The translations under genes and the position numbers were made by a program. The notes under the pieces are model-generated. The model ran no database searches, had not been told where the DNA came from, and saw nothing but the letters and a program-made list of their open reading frames with translations. From assembly GCA_951406725.2 (NCBI GenBank), contig OX597830.1:20832001-20896000 (forward strand): a DNA stretch of 64,000 bases. The letters run 5' to 3'. Source of the stretch: Octopus vulgaris. Its lineage: Eukaryota. This document shows positions 14,908-29,119 of the stretch, piece by piece; within the stretch, counting starts at the first letter, position 1; the number at the start of each line of letters is the position of its first letter.

Positions 14908-16070
14908 GCAGAAACAACAACTACTACTACCACCACCACCGCTAGTACAACTACTACTACTACTGCTGCAGAAACAACAATAACCACCAATACACTCATT
15001 ACCATCTCTACCACCAGCAACTACCATTATCATCATCATCATCATCATCACCATTACGGCCATCATTATCATAGATAGATATCCTAAACAACAGCACCAC
15101 CATCACCTCCGACTTCACTGCCATCATCACCGCCATCATATACTGTCATCACTACAACCATCACCATCACCACCACCGCCATTACGACCACCAACGTCAT
15201 CATGATGATGATGATCGTCGTCATCATTATCGTAAACAGCAACACCACCGCAGCCATCTTGACGACAACTACTATCATCACTACCACCACCACCACCTAC
15301 CACCACTGCAACCACTACCACCACCTCCGCCATTCATACCATTGCTATCATCACAACACCGTGATCAGCGCAACTATTTACTATTAGCATCGCCACCACC
15401 ACCACGACCTGTATCACCACCACCACCACAATGACCATTATCATTATCTTCATCATCACCATCACCATCGCCGCCACTACCACTATCGCCATCATCATCA
15501 TCATCACCATCGCCGCCACTACCACCATCACCATCGTCATCATCACCATCACCGCCACTTCCACCATCATCATCATCATCACCATCGCCATCGCCGCCAC
15601 TACCATCATCATCATCATCACCATCATCACCATCGCCGCTACTACCACCATCACCATCATCACATCATCACCATCGTCGCCATCACTATCACCATCGCCG
15701 CTACTGCCACCATCACCATCACCATCATCACCATCATCACCATCGCCGCCACTACCACCATCACCATCATCATCATCTCCATCGTCACTACTACCACCAT
15801 CACCATCATGATCATCACCATCATCATCATCATCATCATCATTATCATCATTATCATTATGACCATCACCATCGCCGCTACTTCCACCATCACCACCACT
15901 ACCACCAGCATTCATTCATCACGACAATCACCGCCATAGCTACTACTACTACTACTACTACTACAGCCGCCACCACCACCGCTGCCACCACCACCACCGC
16001 TGCCACCACCGCCACCACCACCGCCGCCAACGCCACCGTCACCACCACCGATGCCGCCGCCGCCGCCAAT
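14576..16070. repeat. degenerate trinucleotide field (CAT/CAC/TAC/CGC)
   Basis: Directly visible; source of poly-H/T/D/M pseudo-ORFs. Confidence 0.9.
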
Positions 16071-16328
16071 AGCCTTTATGTTCAGCCATTAGTACAGCTG
16101 TTGTCTGCTGATAATAACTGTCTCTGGCTCGATGTCCTGTCTCCGGAGAAAATGGAAGGTAAAACGTCGAGATGGAGAGAAAAACAAATAAAACAATTTG
16201 CCAAAACCGAAAATTGACTGACAATATATAGGAATATCTTATTGATTTCTTCTTCAACAACATCTATAAACACCCTCTTTAATGATATGGATATATATGT
16301 AGAGAAATACACACACAAACATATCGAC

Positions 16329-16409
<81 letters not shown>

Positions 16410-16486
16410 TCATTGGTTTATAGAATGTAGCCATAGAAACTGCTCAATCCTTGTTTTTTTTTTGTGTGTGAGTATAGTTGTTGTTG

Positions 16487-16518
<32 letters not shown>

Positions 16519-16650
16519 GGTGGTGGTGGTGGTTCTATTCATTGTTTGTTGTTGTTGTTGTTGTTGCAGTTGTTATTTGTTTTTTACACCTTAAATACAA
16601 ATGTGCTACATTGCACAATGCGTTGTGCGCATGTGCGCGAATGCGTGCCC

Positions 16651-16694
<44 letters not shown>

Positions 16695-16761
16695 TGTTTG
16701 TGTGTGCATTGCACGCAGTATATAAGACTATGCAATATGCATACATCCATGCATACATATG

Positions 16762-16792
<31 letters not shown>

Positions 16793-16840
16793 GTATATGT
16801 AAAAGTGTGTGTGTTGTGTGGGTGTGTATGTATATATATG

Positions 16841-16871
<31 letters not shown>

Positions 16872-17186
16872 AAATATGTATGTATATATGCATGCACGGA
16901 CACACATGCACTCACACACATATATATACGCACATAAATACATATATGTGTGTGCGTGTGTGTGTGTATGTATGCATTTACACAGTATAACTGAAGAACA
17001 TGTACAATAAAGATATACACACATGCATACACGTAGATACTTACAGACATACATACATGAAGAGAGAGAGAGATAGGGAGAAAGAGAGACAGAGAGACAC
17101 ACAGAGACTGTGACAGACAGACAGACAGGCAGACAGACAGATAGACAGACAGATAGACAGATAGACTGACAGACAGACAGACAGAC

Positions 17187-17332
<146 letters not shown>

Positions 17333-17696
17333 ACCGTTAATATTAGCTCACCTTCGCAAATTACTATCGCCGCCACCATCCTCACCATCATTCGACTAGC
17401 TCAGTTGCTGGTTGGTTGGCTGGCCGGCCGGTTAGCTTGGCTTCGCGAACGAGGATTCATGAAGGGAGCTGTCCACATCGTATGTATGCCTCACATTGAC
17501 AAAGCCTATACGAGAAATTCTGTTCAGATTTTTCTCCATGTATATATGTATGTGTGTGTGTGTGTGTCCGTCCTCATATATGGATGTCATTAAGTAGGTA
17601 TACACATATGTATGACTGCGTGTATGTGTCTATGCTTGTATGTGTATGTGTTTGTGTATGTACTTATATACATACATACATATATATATATATACA

Positions 17697-17910
17697 TAAA
17701 TCACAAAGAAACAGGAAACTATGCTTATGGCTGTTTCTGCTTTTAGATATAGTGCTTGTGCATCACTTGATGGCTTCTTCGGAGCTTCAAAATTCTATAA
17801 CCCATAGGATGATGCACAAGCGCACAGTTCTGGGTGCACTGCATTTAATAACGGAAACAGCTGTAGGGTAATGATGTTCACTGCATAATTTCCTGTTCTT
17901 TTGTCATTTA
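17697..17910. mobile_element. old fold-back element with hammerhead remnant
   Basis: taaatcacaaagaaacaggaaactatgc versus gcataatttcctgttcttttgtcattta; inner pair gtgcttgtgcatca/tgatgcacaagcgc; GAAACAGCTGTA at 17854-17865; TA-rich flanks. Confidence 0.55.
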
Positions 17911-17934
17911 ATTATTTACACACACATGCATACA

Positions 17935-18016
<82 letters not shown>

Positions 18017-18081
18017 ATGATAAATAGATAGATAGATAGATACATACATACAAACATACATACATACATACATACATGCAT

Positions 18082-18160
<79 letters not shown>

Positions 18161-18175
18161 TATATATATATATAT

Positions 18176-18345
18176 AGTTGAAATTTACAGAAAAACTAAA
18201 GACGAGGGGAAGTGTATGAACAAACAGTTGTATTTGTTTGACGCTCGAGAAAGTGAGAAAGTGAGAAAGTCTTTTACGTTTCGAGTCTACGCTCTTCAAC
18301 AGAAAGGAATAAGGGAAAATAAACAGTGAGAGATTAATGAAACAG
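18176..18345 (-). mobile_element. short PLE-like repeat with minimal hammerhead motif (18271-18306)
   Basis: Minus: CTTT-CTGTTGA-A-GAGC-GTAG-ACTC-GAAA-CG-TA-AAAG; homologous to 46890-47030 and 19845-19960. Confidence 0.65.
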
Positions 18346-19844
18346 TATGAGTTCAAAATAGTATTCTGTACACCTTAACGTAGATGTGGTGTAGAAAGGT
18401 AAAAAGCTGCGATATTTGTCACGAGAAAGCATCTCGTATAGATGATGTACAGTGCTAAAAAGCATCGCCGCTGCTAGATACTTTTCGTCTGCAACATTTT
18501 AGCGCTATAAGTCTATAAGAGATGCTTTATATTTTAATTATATAAAAATATCTTTAAAAACTAAAACATAATGACACGAGTCATTTGGAAGGACGTTTTC
18601 GTATTGTGTAGAAGCGCTTTCATTGTCTGCTATTTTACACGTAAACCGTGTAGATGAAGTTGTTTTTAGTAGCTGTGATAACTATTACCGGTTTAGTTTC
18701 GAATTTAGAATTCTTATGAAGTATAATCTTCTGTCTTTCCTAGTTAATCATTTGCTTCCTTTATTTTAAAAAAAGGAAATGTTTTGAATTTTTCATTTTC
18801 ACAAATACCTAGATGTTCACAACAGGGAACATGGATCTGATTTGTTGTTTATGTACTCTAACCCGATTGATTCTCGTTTAGCCGATATAATTTTCATTGC
18901 AATCTAAGCATGTGATACACTAAATGAGGATTTTTGTTTGCTATTCATATTTGCCGTTTCTTATCCGCATCATTTCGTTTTCCCCATAAAATGCTTCCAA
19001 ATAATAATAAAAGAGTGACCGAAAGAAATGAATTCTAAAAGTTATTCTATTCTCTGACAAAATGTTCTATTCTGTTTGCCTATTCAACGAAACAAATTTC
19101 ATTTGCCATCTTGCTTAATATATCCCGATATATATATATATATATATATATAATACTTACACATTTACTGCTTCTATCATTTTTACTTTATGCATCATTC
19201 AAAGATTGCCCTTATCTCTTTATATAGTTAAACGTTAATAATGCTAATTTCGACCTACAACAGTGAATTTTGCATCAACTCATAAGTAATAAATTCCTAT
19301 TAACTTCGATCTTCATAAATATTTCTAGTTACCTCCCCTTGTCAATTTATCGAATTGGAAGAAGAAGAAGAAGAAGAAGAAGAAGAAGAAGAAGAAGAAG
19401 AAGAAGGGAAGAAGAGGACGAGGAGGATAACGACTACGACTACAGAAGGAGATCGAGGAGGAGGAGGAGGAGGAGGAGGAGGAGGAGGAGGACGAGGACG
19501 AGGAGGAGGAAGTTTACTTTCTTGACCTGCTTATCAGAATGAAGTGAGGTTAATAATGGCGTGTTCTTAGCGTTCTTTGCAGTAGGTTACAAAGAGTCAA
19601 GCGAATACAATTTTATAACTGACCGAATCGTGAATACCGAGATTAGAATTATTCAACGTTTAAGTTCTGATAGATTTTCAGAATTTATTTTTCGTCTAAT
19701 GAAATTGTATGTTGATTTTTAGTTTTTATTTTAACTATTCATTAATCATGTTCTTCTCAACGTTTTTGTGGTTTACAAAATTTGTCGCGTTGGTGAATTT
19801 CTTGTCCCTCACAACGGTATTCCTTTTATCCTTTCTCTACTCCT

Positions 19845-19960
19845 TTCCTTTCTATACAAGAGCGTAGGCTCGAAACGTCAATAACACTTCCATTTTTTCT
19901 AAGCGTCAAACACCTTGTTTCTTGTCCCCTCGCCTGCCTCTCGCTTTTGGACTTTTTTCC
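19845..19960 (+). mobile_element. degenerate copy of the 18.2 kb/46.9 kb repeat
   Basis: agagcgtaggctcgaaacgt...agcgtcaaac. Confidence 0.6.
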
Positions 19961-20534
19961 TTCTCAGTTTGGGATTCTTATCTTCTTTCTTAAAATTCTT
20001 CTCAGACCATCTTCACATCTTCTGAACCACTTTACCACAACTCCATCCGGATTACCATTCGAACTCTATACTCTTCAGATTTTACTATAATGGATCTTAA
20101 TGTACACTGTTGCTGATGTCCCATGGCTGTTTGCTGGCAACTTTTTCCTTCATGTAAGAGTAAAATACCCAATCTTTCTCCTGTTTCCATGGCTTCACTG
20201 CGTTCGAAATATTACTGTCTTGTCTGTATGACACATACATACATAACATATATAATATATAAACATATGCATATATACATACATATATGTACATAACTAC
20301 ATTTATATGTATATATGCATGCATATATGGGTACAGGACACCAAAAAAAACTGGAAAAAAATAAGAAAAGAAAACATAAAAACAAAAACATGGAAACGAA
20401 CCCTCCTTCAAACAACGAAAACACAGAGTACAAGACATACAACGCAGGGAATATTCCCCTTCTTCAGTTGTCTCTGTTTCGTCTACTCCGCGTTTCGAAG
20501 GTAAGGACAATACATACATACATACATACATACG

Positions 20535-20660
<126 letters not shown>

Positions 20661-21159
20661 TTTGACTTGATTTTGTGGGACTCTCTTACGCTCCTGGACT
20701 CCAACCTACCTTGGTTTAAATGTAATGAATATTTTTGACATATTTTTTATTTGAACCGAATAAGAAAAATTTTTTAGTCGATTGACATTTTATTTTATTT
20801 AGATTTTTAGTCGCTTGACACGGCTTTAGAATTTTTAGTCCATTGTATTTACCTTCTTGATAGGCCGTTCTATATATCTGTATTTTTATTTGCATATATA
20901 CTTTTTACCTACTGTGTTTTTTTTAAACATGTATTCTTTATATGTTACAGGCCATGGTTATATTTATATATGATCAAATGTTTAGAGCCGTGGTGTTATA
21001 TAAAGTCGTTGATTCGAATTTGATGTTTGTTCTCTGATCAATGTACATATATATATATATATATATATGGGTTTATAAAAAAAAGTTCCTAGCGTTTTTC
21101 AGTTGGTGATATTTAATCACGGGATCTGTTTTATCACGTGACAGGAACATATGGCATAT

Positions 21160-21400
21160 ACTCTTTTACTCTTTTACTTGTTTCAGGCGTTTGACTGCGG
21201 TCATGCTGGAGCACCGCCTTTGGTCGAGCAAATCGACCCCAGGACTTATTCTTTGTAACCCTAGTACTTATTCTATCGGTCTGTTTTGCCGAAATGCTAA
21301 GTTACGGGGACGTAAACACACCAGCATCGGTTGTCAAGCGATGTTGGGGGGACAAACACAGACACACAAACACATACACACAAACATACACACATATATA
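21160..21400 (-). mobile_element. SINE family A, 3' half
   Basis: ctcttttactcttttacttgtttcag...ggacaaacacagacacacaaac. Confidence 0.85.
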
Positions 21401-21439
21401 TATATGAAATAGAAAATGCGTTGAGATCTCTTCTTTCAG

Positions 21440-21694
21440 AGGCGCAAGAGTGGCTGTTTGGTAAGTAGCTTGCTTACCAACCAAATGGTTCCGGGTTCAG
21501 TCCCACTACCTGGCACCTTGAGCAAGTTTCTTTTACTATAGTCTCTGGCCTACAAAAGCCTTGTGAGTGGATTTGGTAGACGGAAACTGAAAGAAGCCCG
21601 TCGTATATATGTATATATATATGTGTGTATGTGTGCATATGTTTGTGTGTCTGTGTTTGTCCCCGCAACATCGCTTGACAACTGACGCTGGTGT
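21440..21694 (+). mobile_element. SINE family A, 3'-truncated
   Basis: ggcgcaagagtggctgtttggtaagtagc...catcgcttgacaactgacgctggtg. Confidence 0.85.
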
Positions 21695-22570
21695 CTTTCT
21701 CAACTGCACCTCACACATAATAATCCATGGAATTATAGTCGGAGGAGCTAAGAGACCAGAAACTGGGGCTGTTGAAGCTGTAGACATTTTCCTACAACCA
21801 CTTCTGATTCTTTCCAGAGAGCTGCCAAGGACCCCGAATTTCGCTGCTGCATGTATGGCCTGCCAGCAGCAGCCGTCTTCAGCCAGGAATTGACTACAGC
21901 TTCATTCTTCTTTCTTCGCCCTTTTCAAACCTAGCTAGGCTCATGGGTCCGGTTTCCCGGTTTCTGTGGCGTATGTGTTCCCCCCAGCTGGACGGGACGC
22001 CTGGACATCGCAGCGTTACTCAAGAAACAGTAAAAAGAGAGTGAAAGAAAGTTGTGGCGAAAGAGTACAACAGGGGTCGCCACCACACCCTGCAGGAGCC
22101 TCGTGAAGCTTTTAGGTGTCTTCGCTCAATAAACACTTACAATGCCCGGTCTGGGAATTGAAACGGCGATCCTCCGACCGCGATTCCGCTGCCCTAACCA
22201 CTGGGCCATTGCGCCTCCACACAGCTTCATTTAGCCATCTAAGTTTAGCCTTAGCCCTACTCAAAGAGGTGGATCGGCTTAACGTCACTCTCACTGGATT
22301 CACCCAAAAACTACCATAGTTTGGGGGAACTTGGTTTCCATGTTGTCCTTGTTAAGTCTTACAGCTTTAACAGAGTTTACAGAGCATTGAACAGCAGTTA
22401 GAATAACAGCATTTCGATACTCGGTGCGACTCATTATGATACAGGTAAATCTTTACCAATATTCAAATGCCTTCCACTTCTCCATCTCAGCAAATATTTT
22501 CCCGGCTATAACTTAATTCTTAATGCTCTCCAACGCCATTGTTGAATGTTCACCAATACATCATGCTGTT
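21693..22570 (-). pseudogene. decayed maT/DD37D-type Tc1-mariner transposase, interrupted by a SINE
   Basis: Minus frames give METKFPQTMVVFG, IPWLKTAAAGRPYMQQ and KNQKWL*ENVYSFNSPSFWSLSSSDYNSMDYYV*GAVEKDT, matching WPPSSPDLNPLDYYVWG; stops and frameshifts present. Confidence 0.7.
21907..22220 (-). mobile_element. tRNA-derived SINE, head H1 + tail T1
   Basis: A box tggcccagtgg, B box gtttcaattcc; perfect 11-bp TSD acagcttcatt (21896-21906 / 22221-22231). Confidence 0.92.
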
Positions 22571-22602
22571 CCTGAAGAAAAGGACACATAAAAATATGTA
22601 TG

Positions 22603-22679
<77 letters not shown>

Positions 22680-22689
22680 GTGTGTGTGT

Positions 22690-23010
22690 TAGAAGGTTTG
22701 GAGATGATGTGCAGGTATTATATATTAGAAGAAATGAGGTACTCAGAAATCCGGATGGTTTTATACTTACAGATATTTATTAGTATGTTACATGTTTTTA
22801 TACATCATATAACTTAGATCATGTATTAGCGCTTTCGTTCATTCTAGTGGAGTCTTCAAACAGATCAATTTGAAGACTCCACTAGAATGAACGAAAGCGC
22901 TAATATACGATTTATGATATATGATGTATAAAAACATGTAACATACTAATAAATATCTGTAAGTATGAAACCATCCGGATTTCTGAGTACCTCATTTCTT
23001 CTAATATATA
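22690..23010. mobile_element. PLE-like fold-back (about 140-bp arms, 8-nt loop) with degenerate hammerhead motif
   Basis: Arms 22719-22860 / 22869-23010; TTGAAGA...GAAA-GCGC-TA at 22870-22902; unique tail 22690-22718. Confidence 0.65.
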
Positions 23011-23020
23011 TATATATATA

Positions 23021-23117
23021 CTGTTGTGTCTGGGGAGTCATTTTCTTTTCGCGCCTTATAATGCTTCAACACACGAACTCAAATAAAGAATCTTGCAAAC
23101 CAAATCCAAAAACGAAA
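23021..23117 (+). mobile_element. collapsed copy of the 12503 fold-back family
   Basis: First about 40 nt of the left arm joined directly to the tail (atgcttcaacacacg...caaaccaaatcc). Confidence 0.8.
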
Positions 23118-23341
23118 TATATATATATACATTTTATGTGTTATTTTTTTTTTTTTCGAATTTACTTAATTTTTGACATTTTATTGTTATTTTAAGTTAA
23201 TATTTCTATCAAATGTAATTTTCTAGATGGTGTATTTTAATTGTTCATATATATAAACACACAAATATATGCACACATAGATAGATAGATACATACATAC
23301 ATACATAGATACAAACATACATACATACATACATACATACA

Positions 23342-23375
<34 letters not shown>

Positions 23376-23901
23376 CGTACGTACATACATACATACATAC
23401 GTACGTATGTATATCCATCTCTCTCTCTCTCTCTCTCTCTCCCATCTGGCTCATCCTTCTCTATCACACAGTTCTAATCACCTGACTGTCCCAATTGAAA
23501 GCCCTGATTAACATACATGCGGCACGCGGCACATGGCACACGACACACGTCAGTCGTCACACGACATACTGCACAGTAACACAAATCACCCAGACAGATG
23601 TGTGGGGGACAAAAGAGGATGGGTGTGTGGAGAGGGGGGCAGAAGTGGGAAAGAGAAGGTGAAGATGGGGAGGAGGAGGCTGGTGAGGGGAGGACTGAAG
23701 TGGGTAGGAGAGGAGAGGAGAGGAGAGAGGGAGAGTAAGGAGAGAAAAAGAAGGGGGGGGACACTGTTAACCTCCACTTCCACCTCCCATTTTCTCTCCT
23801 CTCCTTCTCCTCCCCCTCCGCTTCTGTTCACTGGACCACAACCCGTTTTTACTATTATACATACACACACACACACATACACACACACATACACACACAC
23901 A

Positions 23902-23969
<68 letters not shown>

Positions 23970-23974
23970 TTCAC

Positions 23975-24029
<55 letters not shown>

Positions 24030-24809
24030 TTCACACATATATACAGACATACAGATATGCATACACAAACACATGCATACACAAAGATAGATATAGAGAC
24101 AATGAAATGCACATGCGCGGACGTACACCCACCCTCACACACACATATATATATTTACACACAGAAACACAATGACACATACACACACACACTCACTCAT
24201 ACGCACATACACAGACACACGCGCACATACACGCACAGAATGAAATGCAGTGTACACTCACATATACACACACACACAATAAAATATATATATACATATA
24301 CACATATACACAGAAAGACACGTATACACACAGATACAGTTACACATACACACACTCACACTTACACACACACACACACACATACACGCACATGATAAAA
24401 TATACATACATATATACACAATCACAAACATACACACACTCTCACATACATAGACACGTACACACAGACACACTTATACACACACACACATACACACACA
24501 CATACGTACACACACACATACGTACACACACTTTCACACACATCCACTTACACACACACACACTTTCACACACACAATGCAATCTTTTTCTACAATTTCT
24601 TCACCCTTAACCTCCCTCTCCTCCTCCTTCTCCTCATGCTTCTTCTGGCTCCCATTCTTTCTTCTTACTCCAATCTTAAGATTTTGTACCCCACCCCGAC
24701 CCCTTTTTTCAATCATTCACATCCACTCACCCCCACCCACCTACCCACCCAACAGTTCACCCATCATCCTCTCTGTCTTTTTTTTTCACACTCATTGCAC
24801 TTTCGACAG

Positions 24810-24914
24810 TTTACCACTACTACTACTACCACAACCACCACCACTACTACTACAACTGCTGCTGCTGCTACTGCTGCTTCTATTTCTGCTACTACTACCA
24901 CTACTACTACTAAA

Positions 24915-24966
<52 letters not shown>

Positions 24967-25058
24967 ATGCTGCAACTACTACCACTACTACTAAAACTAC
25001 TACTACTACTGTTACTAAAACTACTACAACCACCGCCACCACCACCTCTACTACTACA

Positions 25059-25090
<32 letters not shown>

Positions 25091-25150
25091 CATAGCAACT
25101 TCTATTAGTACTACTACCAGCACTACCAACTCTACTATTACTACTGATGC

Positions 25151-25186
<36 letters not shown>

Positions 25187-25210
25187 CACCACCTCTGCTG
25201 CAACATCCAT

Positions 25211-25268
<58 letters not shown>

Positions 25269-27060
25269 ACTTACTTTACTACGACTACTAGAATTAATTC
25301 GACCAGCACTACCGAGAGTGCTTCTGCATGGTCGGGTGACTTGCTAGAAAAAGCGACCAAATCACCCTCAGGTCGCAACCCTACGTGTTTACAGAAGAGA
25401 ACACGTTGAATACTGTAGCCTTGGGTTCAATGGGTATAAGAAAGAGACAAGATGGTCACGGTTGGCATGCCTTTGATCATTGGCCTGCTCGGTCTGGAGG
25501 CTAAGCAACAACAAGATGACTATCTGCACCACCTTCGCTTCCACTTCTACCACCCTTACCTCTTTTACTACTACCAATACTACTAACACCACTACCACCA
25601 CCAGTGCTATCACGACTACTACTACTACTACTACTACTAGTTGTAGTTCTGCTTTACTGGTATCACTACTACAAACTCCACCACCACATCTACAGCCACC
25701 AATACAACCAACATAACTACCACCGACCTTACTTCCACCTCTACACTTTGCTATCTACAAGATAGCCCTCACCACCGCTACCACCACCCTACCACCACCA
25801 CACACCATCAATCACTGCTATCTCTCTCACCACCACCACCACTACCACCACCACCACCACTACAAAAGCCACTAACCGCCACCAACCAGCAGCACTATCT
25901 CCAGAACACCTACCTCTACCATCAACACCACTCACTACAAACACCTCTACTACAATCGTCTATTAATCAACACTGTCAACCACTACAAACACTACCACCA
26001 ACACCACCACCACCACCAACACCACCACCACCACAACAACAACAACAGCAACAACAACAACAACTACTACTACTTGTACTATTACAACCACTACAACAAC
26101 AACACTACCGCCACTCTTTCTCAATCACCACCACCAATACCACTACAAACACAATTGACACTTCCAACACCCCACCACCATCCACCCACCACCCCACCAC
26201 CACCATCACCACTACCACAACAATAACAGCAACTACACCACGATCCATCAATCACCAACAACGTCCCCGCCACCACCGCCGCCATCGCCGCCACCCCCAC
26301 CCCCACCAACACCAACACTAACAACTACAACAATAACAACAACGACAACAACATCCAGCACCAGCACCATCACCATTATCGCTACTAAGACCCAACCACG
26401 CCCATGACCTCCACTACTGTCAACACCAACGAAACCGTTTTGCCACTGTCACTACGAACAATATCACCTTTGTCACCATTATTACTACTGCTGCTGCGGC
26501 TACTACTACTACTACTACTACTACAACTACTACTACTACTACTATTACTACTAACACTGAACAGCATTTTTGATTTCACCTTTCTGTCATCATATTCATC
26601 AGTCACAATCATCATCATTCTCTCCATCCTCCTCCTAATCATCATCATCATTCTCCTCCCCATCCTCCTTCTCATCATCATCATCATCATTCTCCTCCCC
26701 CTCCTCCTTCTCATCATCATCATCATCATTCTCCTCCTCATCATCATCATCAGTTTCCTCCCCTCCTCATTCTCCTCCTCATCATCATCATCATTCTCCT
26801 CCTCCTCCTCCTCATCATCATCATCATTATCATCATTCCCCTCATCATCATCATTCTCTTCCTCTTCATCATCATCATTCTCTTCCTCCACTTCATTCTC
26901 CTCCTCCGCTTCCTCTTTCTCCCCTTCTTTCTCCTCCTCCTCCTCATCATCATCAACACCATCGTTGTCGTTGCGTCTTCATCATCTCCATCATCCTCAG
27001 AAGAACTGTCATCATCATCATCATCATCATCGTCGTCGTCGTTGTCGTCGTCGTCATCAT
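24810..27060. repeat. degenerate trinucleotide field (ACT/ACC/CAT/CCT)
   Basis: Directly visible. Confidence 0.9.
25320..25515 (+). mobile_element. SINE-like family D element with (CAA)n tail
   Basis: cttgctagaaaaagcgaccaaatc...gatggtcacggttggcatgcctttgatcat...ctaagcaacaac; reverse complement of the units at 58.7-60.2 kb. Confidence 0.6.
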
Positions 27061-27084
27061 ATATGGGTTTCATTTACAGCAGTA

Positions 27085-27449
27085 GGGACTTGTTTCAAAT
27101 TTTGGAACTAGGCCAGCAATTTTTTTGAGGGGAGATGTTAAAGGTCTATTGTTACATCGACGACATTGCTTCATTGATACTTTATTTTATCGAACCAACC
27201 CGGAGAGATGAAAGGCAAAGTTTGACTTTGGCGTGATTTGAACTCGGGACTTGATGAGTCAGGAAGAAATATCGAAAAGCATTTTATCCAACGCTCAAAC
27301 GATTTTACCTTTCTATTATGGAGACAAGGCCTGAAGTTTGGTGGAGGGGGCTAGTCGACTTCGTTGACCCCCATTACACAACTGGTACTTATTTTCATTG
27401 AGTCCGAAAGTATGAAAGGCAAAGTCGACCTCGGCGGAATTTGAACTCA
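27085..27449 (-). mobile_element. two tandem degenerate SINE family C copies
   Basis: atgaaaggcaaagt...atttgaactc occurs twice. Confidence 0.75.
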
Positions 27450-27537
27450 TCCACAAAAGTGATAACACACGCAGCAGTAACCATTCCTAAGGTATTTTTC
27501 GATGTTATTATTATTCAGGACACTGCCTGGAATCGAA

Positions 27538-27620
<83 letters not shown>

Positions 27621-27622
<2 letters not shown>

Positions 27623-28232
27623 TTTTGTCTTTGTATAAAAGAAGGGCTAAAGCAAATATTCTGCTCAATACCACAGATGCCCTGATGCAGTACCAGGCAG
27701 TGGCTCTCATGGCTTCTGATCTTAACTGATTGGAAGTGTTATCATGTACATTGTTTTGTCTTGGTATAAAAGATGGGCTACAGCAAATATTCTGCTCAAT
27801 ACCACAGATTTGCTTGTCAGTTGTTTGACCTTAACCAGTTGAGCATGTCCCTTAGTGGCTGACGATATGTGCATCTCTGATCACGAGCAGAAGTAGTGGG
27901 GGAGCATCATAGCCATGTGTTGAGAGGGATTCTTTGGGGTTTGAATAATTCACCTCTGGAAACATGGGTGGTTCTTTCAACATCCTTAAACAACCCTTAT
28001 TCAGGGACCTTTTGAGCGGGATGGGCTACTCAACCTGAAGAAAATTCTAACTGGGCCCCACCTGCAAGGTCATGTGCTGTTTATCTTGATATGAGATCAC
28101 TATGTCGCGCACATATGGTTGTGATGCATGTGCCTGGTGTACCTTTATCAGACGGGTAGTCATGATGGGTATACTGGGCTTCGTATATTTTTACCCAGTG
28201 TCACTTTGATGGCATGCACTGCTCTCTCACTC

Positions 28233-28233
<1 letters not shown>
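27621..28233 (+). mobile_element. about 550-bp retroposon-like repeat inserted in (AAT)n, copy 2, with an extra 5' duplicated block
   Basis: 27683-28233 matches 10986-11538 inverted; 27621-27678 duplicates internal 27752-27809; (AAT)n on both sides. Confidence 0.85.
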
Positions 28234-28311
<78 letters not shown>

Positions 28312-28339
28312 TGTTTGTGTGTGTGTATGAATAATCTAT

Positions 28340-28505
28340 GTGTGTGTATTTACGCCCCCGTAACTTAGCGGTTCGGCATAAGAAACTGACAGGATAAGTA
28401 CTAGGCTTAAAAAATGTCCTGGGGTTGATTTCTTTGATTAAAAAATCCTTTAAGGCGTCGTTCCAGCATGGTCGCAGACAAATGACTGAAACAGAGTAAA
28501 AGAAT
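28340..28505 (+). mobile_element. SINE family A, 3' half
   Basis: tttacgcccccgtaacttagcggttcggc...aatgactgaaac. Confidence 0.8.
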
Positions 28506-28510
28506 ATATA

Positions 28511-28889
28511 TCTCTCTCTATATAAACGGCAGTTTGTCTGTGCGTGTTTCTGTGTGTCTGTTTGCTTGTACCCTCACCCTGACCACGGCTTTCAACCGAT
28601 TCTGATGAAACTTGACACACACATAGCCCAATGTCATAATTCAAAACTAACGCAGCGAAAATTTTGAAAAGTTTCCCCAGTTCTGAAAAAAATCGATAAA
28701 TTCGACATGGAGTCGAGAATCAGAAACACGAACCACAAACTGTCTAGGGCACGCAACTCCACCTTTTTAACTCTCAAAAAAATTTACCATAATTTTTTTT
28801 CCATTTTCTACTTTTTGGCTATAACTCTCTAAAAATGCTTTATAGTTATTTCCCTTACAAACCCGAGCAACGCCGGGCGATACTGCTAG
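28511..28889 (+). mobile_element. non-autonomous Helitron
   Basis: 5' TC after A, 3' CTAG (28886-28889) before T, subterminal hairpin cccgagcaacgccggg about 9 nt upstream, no TSD. Confidence 0.85.
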
Positions 28890-28899
28890 TATATATATA

Positions 28900-29095
28900 T
28901 ATGTCTGTCCACCACCGCTTGACAACCGGTGTCGGTGTGTTTACGTCCCCATAGCTTAGCTGCTCGGGAAAAGAAACTGATAGGATAAATACTAGACTTT
29001 AAAAAAAGTCGTGGGTCGACTTGTTCGATTAATAACCTTTCAAAGCGATGCTCCAGCATGGCCGCAGTTAAATGACTGAAAAATAAAAATAAAAG
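28900..29095 (+). mobile_element. SINE family A, 3' half
   Basis: ccaccaccgcttgacaaccgg...ctccagcatggccgcagttaaatgactgaaa. Confidence 0.8.
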
Positions 29096-29119
29096 GAACC
29101 CCAGGTAATTGACAAATGA

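Noticed and set aside
18426-18528. Imperfect inverted repeat aaagcatctc...gagatgcttt
   Set aside because: Probably the centre of an old MITE; the ends and TSD cannot be defined.
22500-22600. Minus-strand splice acceptor suggesting a host exon
   Set aside because: All frames close quickly, and the downstream sequence is a decayed maT transposase.
24636-25409. 257-aa Thr-rich mucin-like ORF
   Set aside because: It is an (ACT)n field running into a family D repeat; the opposite strand and other frames are equally open.
28596-28615. ccgattctgatgaaact as a hammerhead core
   Set aside because: It is an internal motif of the Helitron and has no HHR stems.
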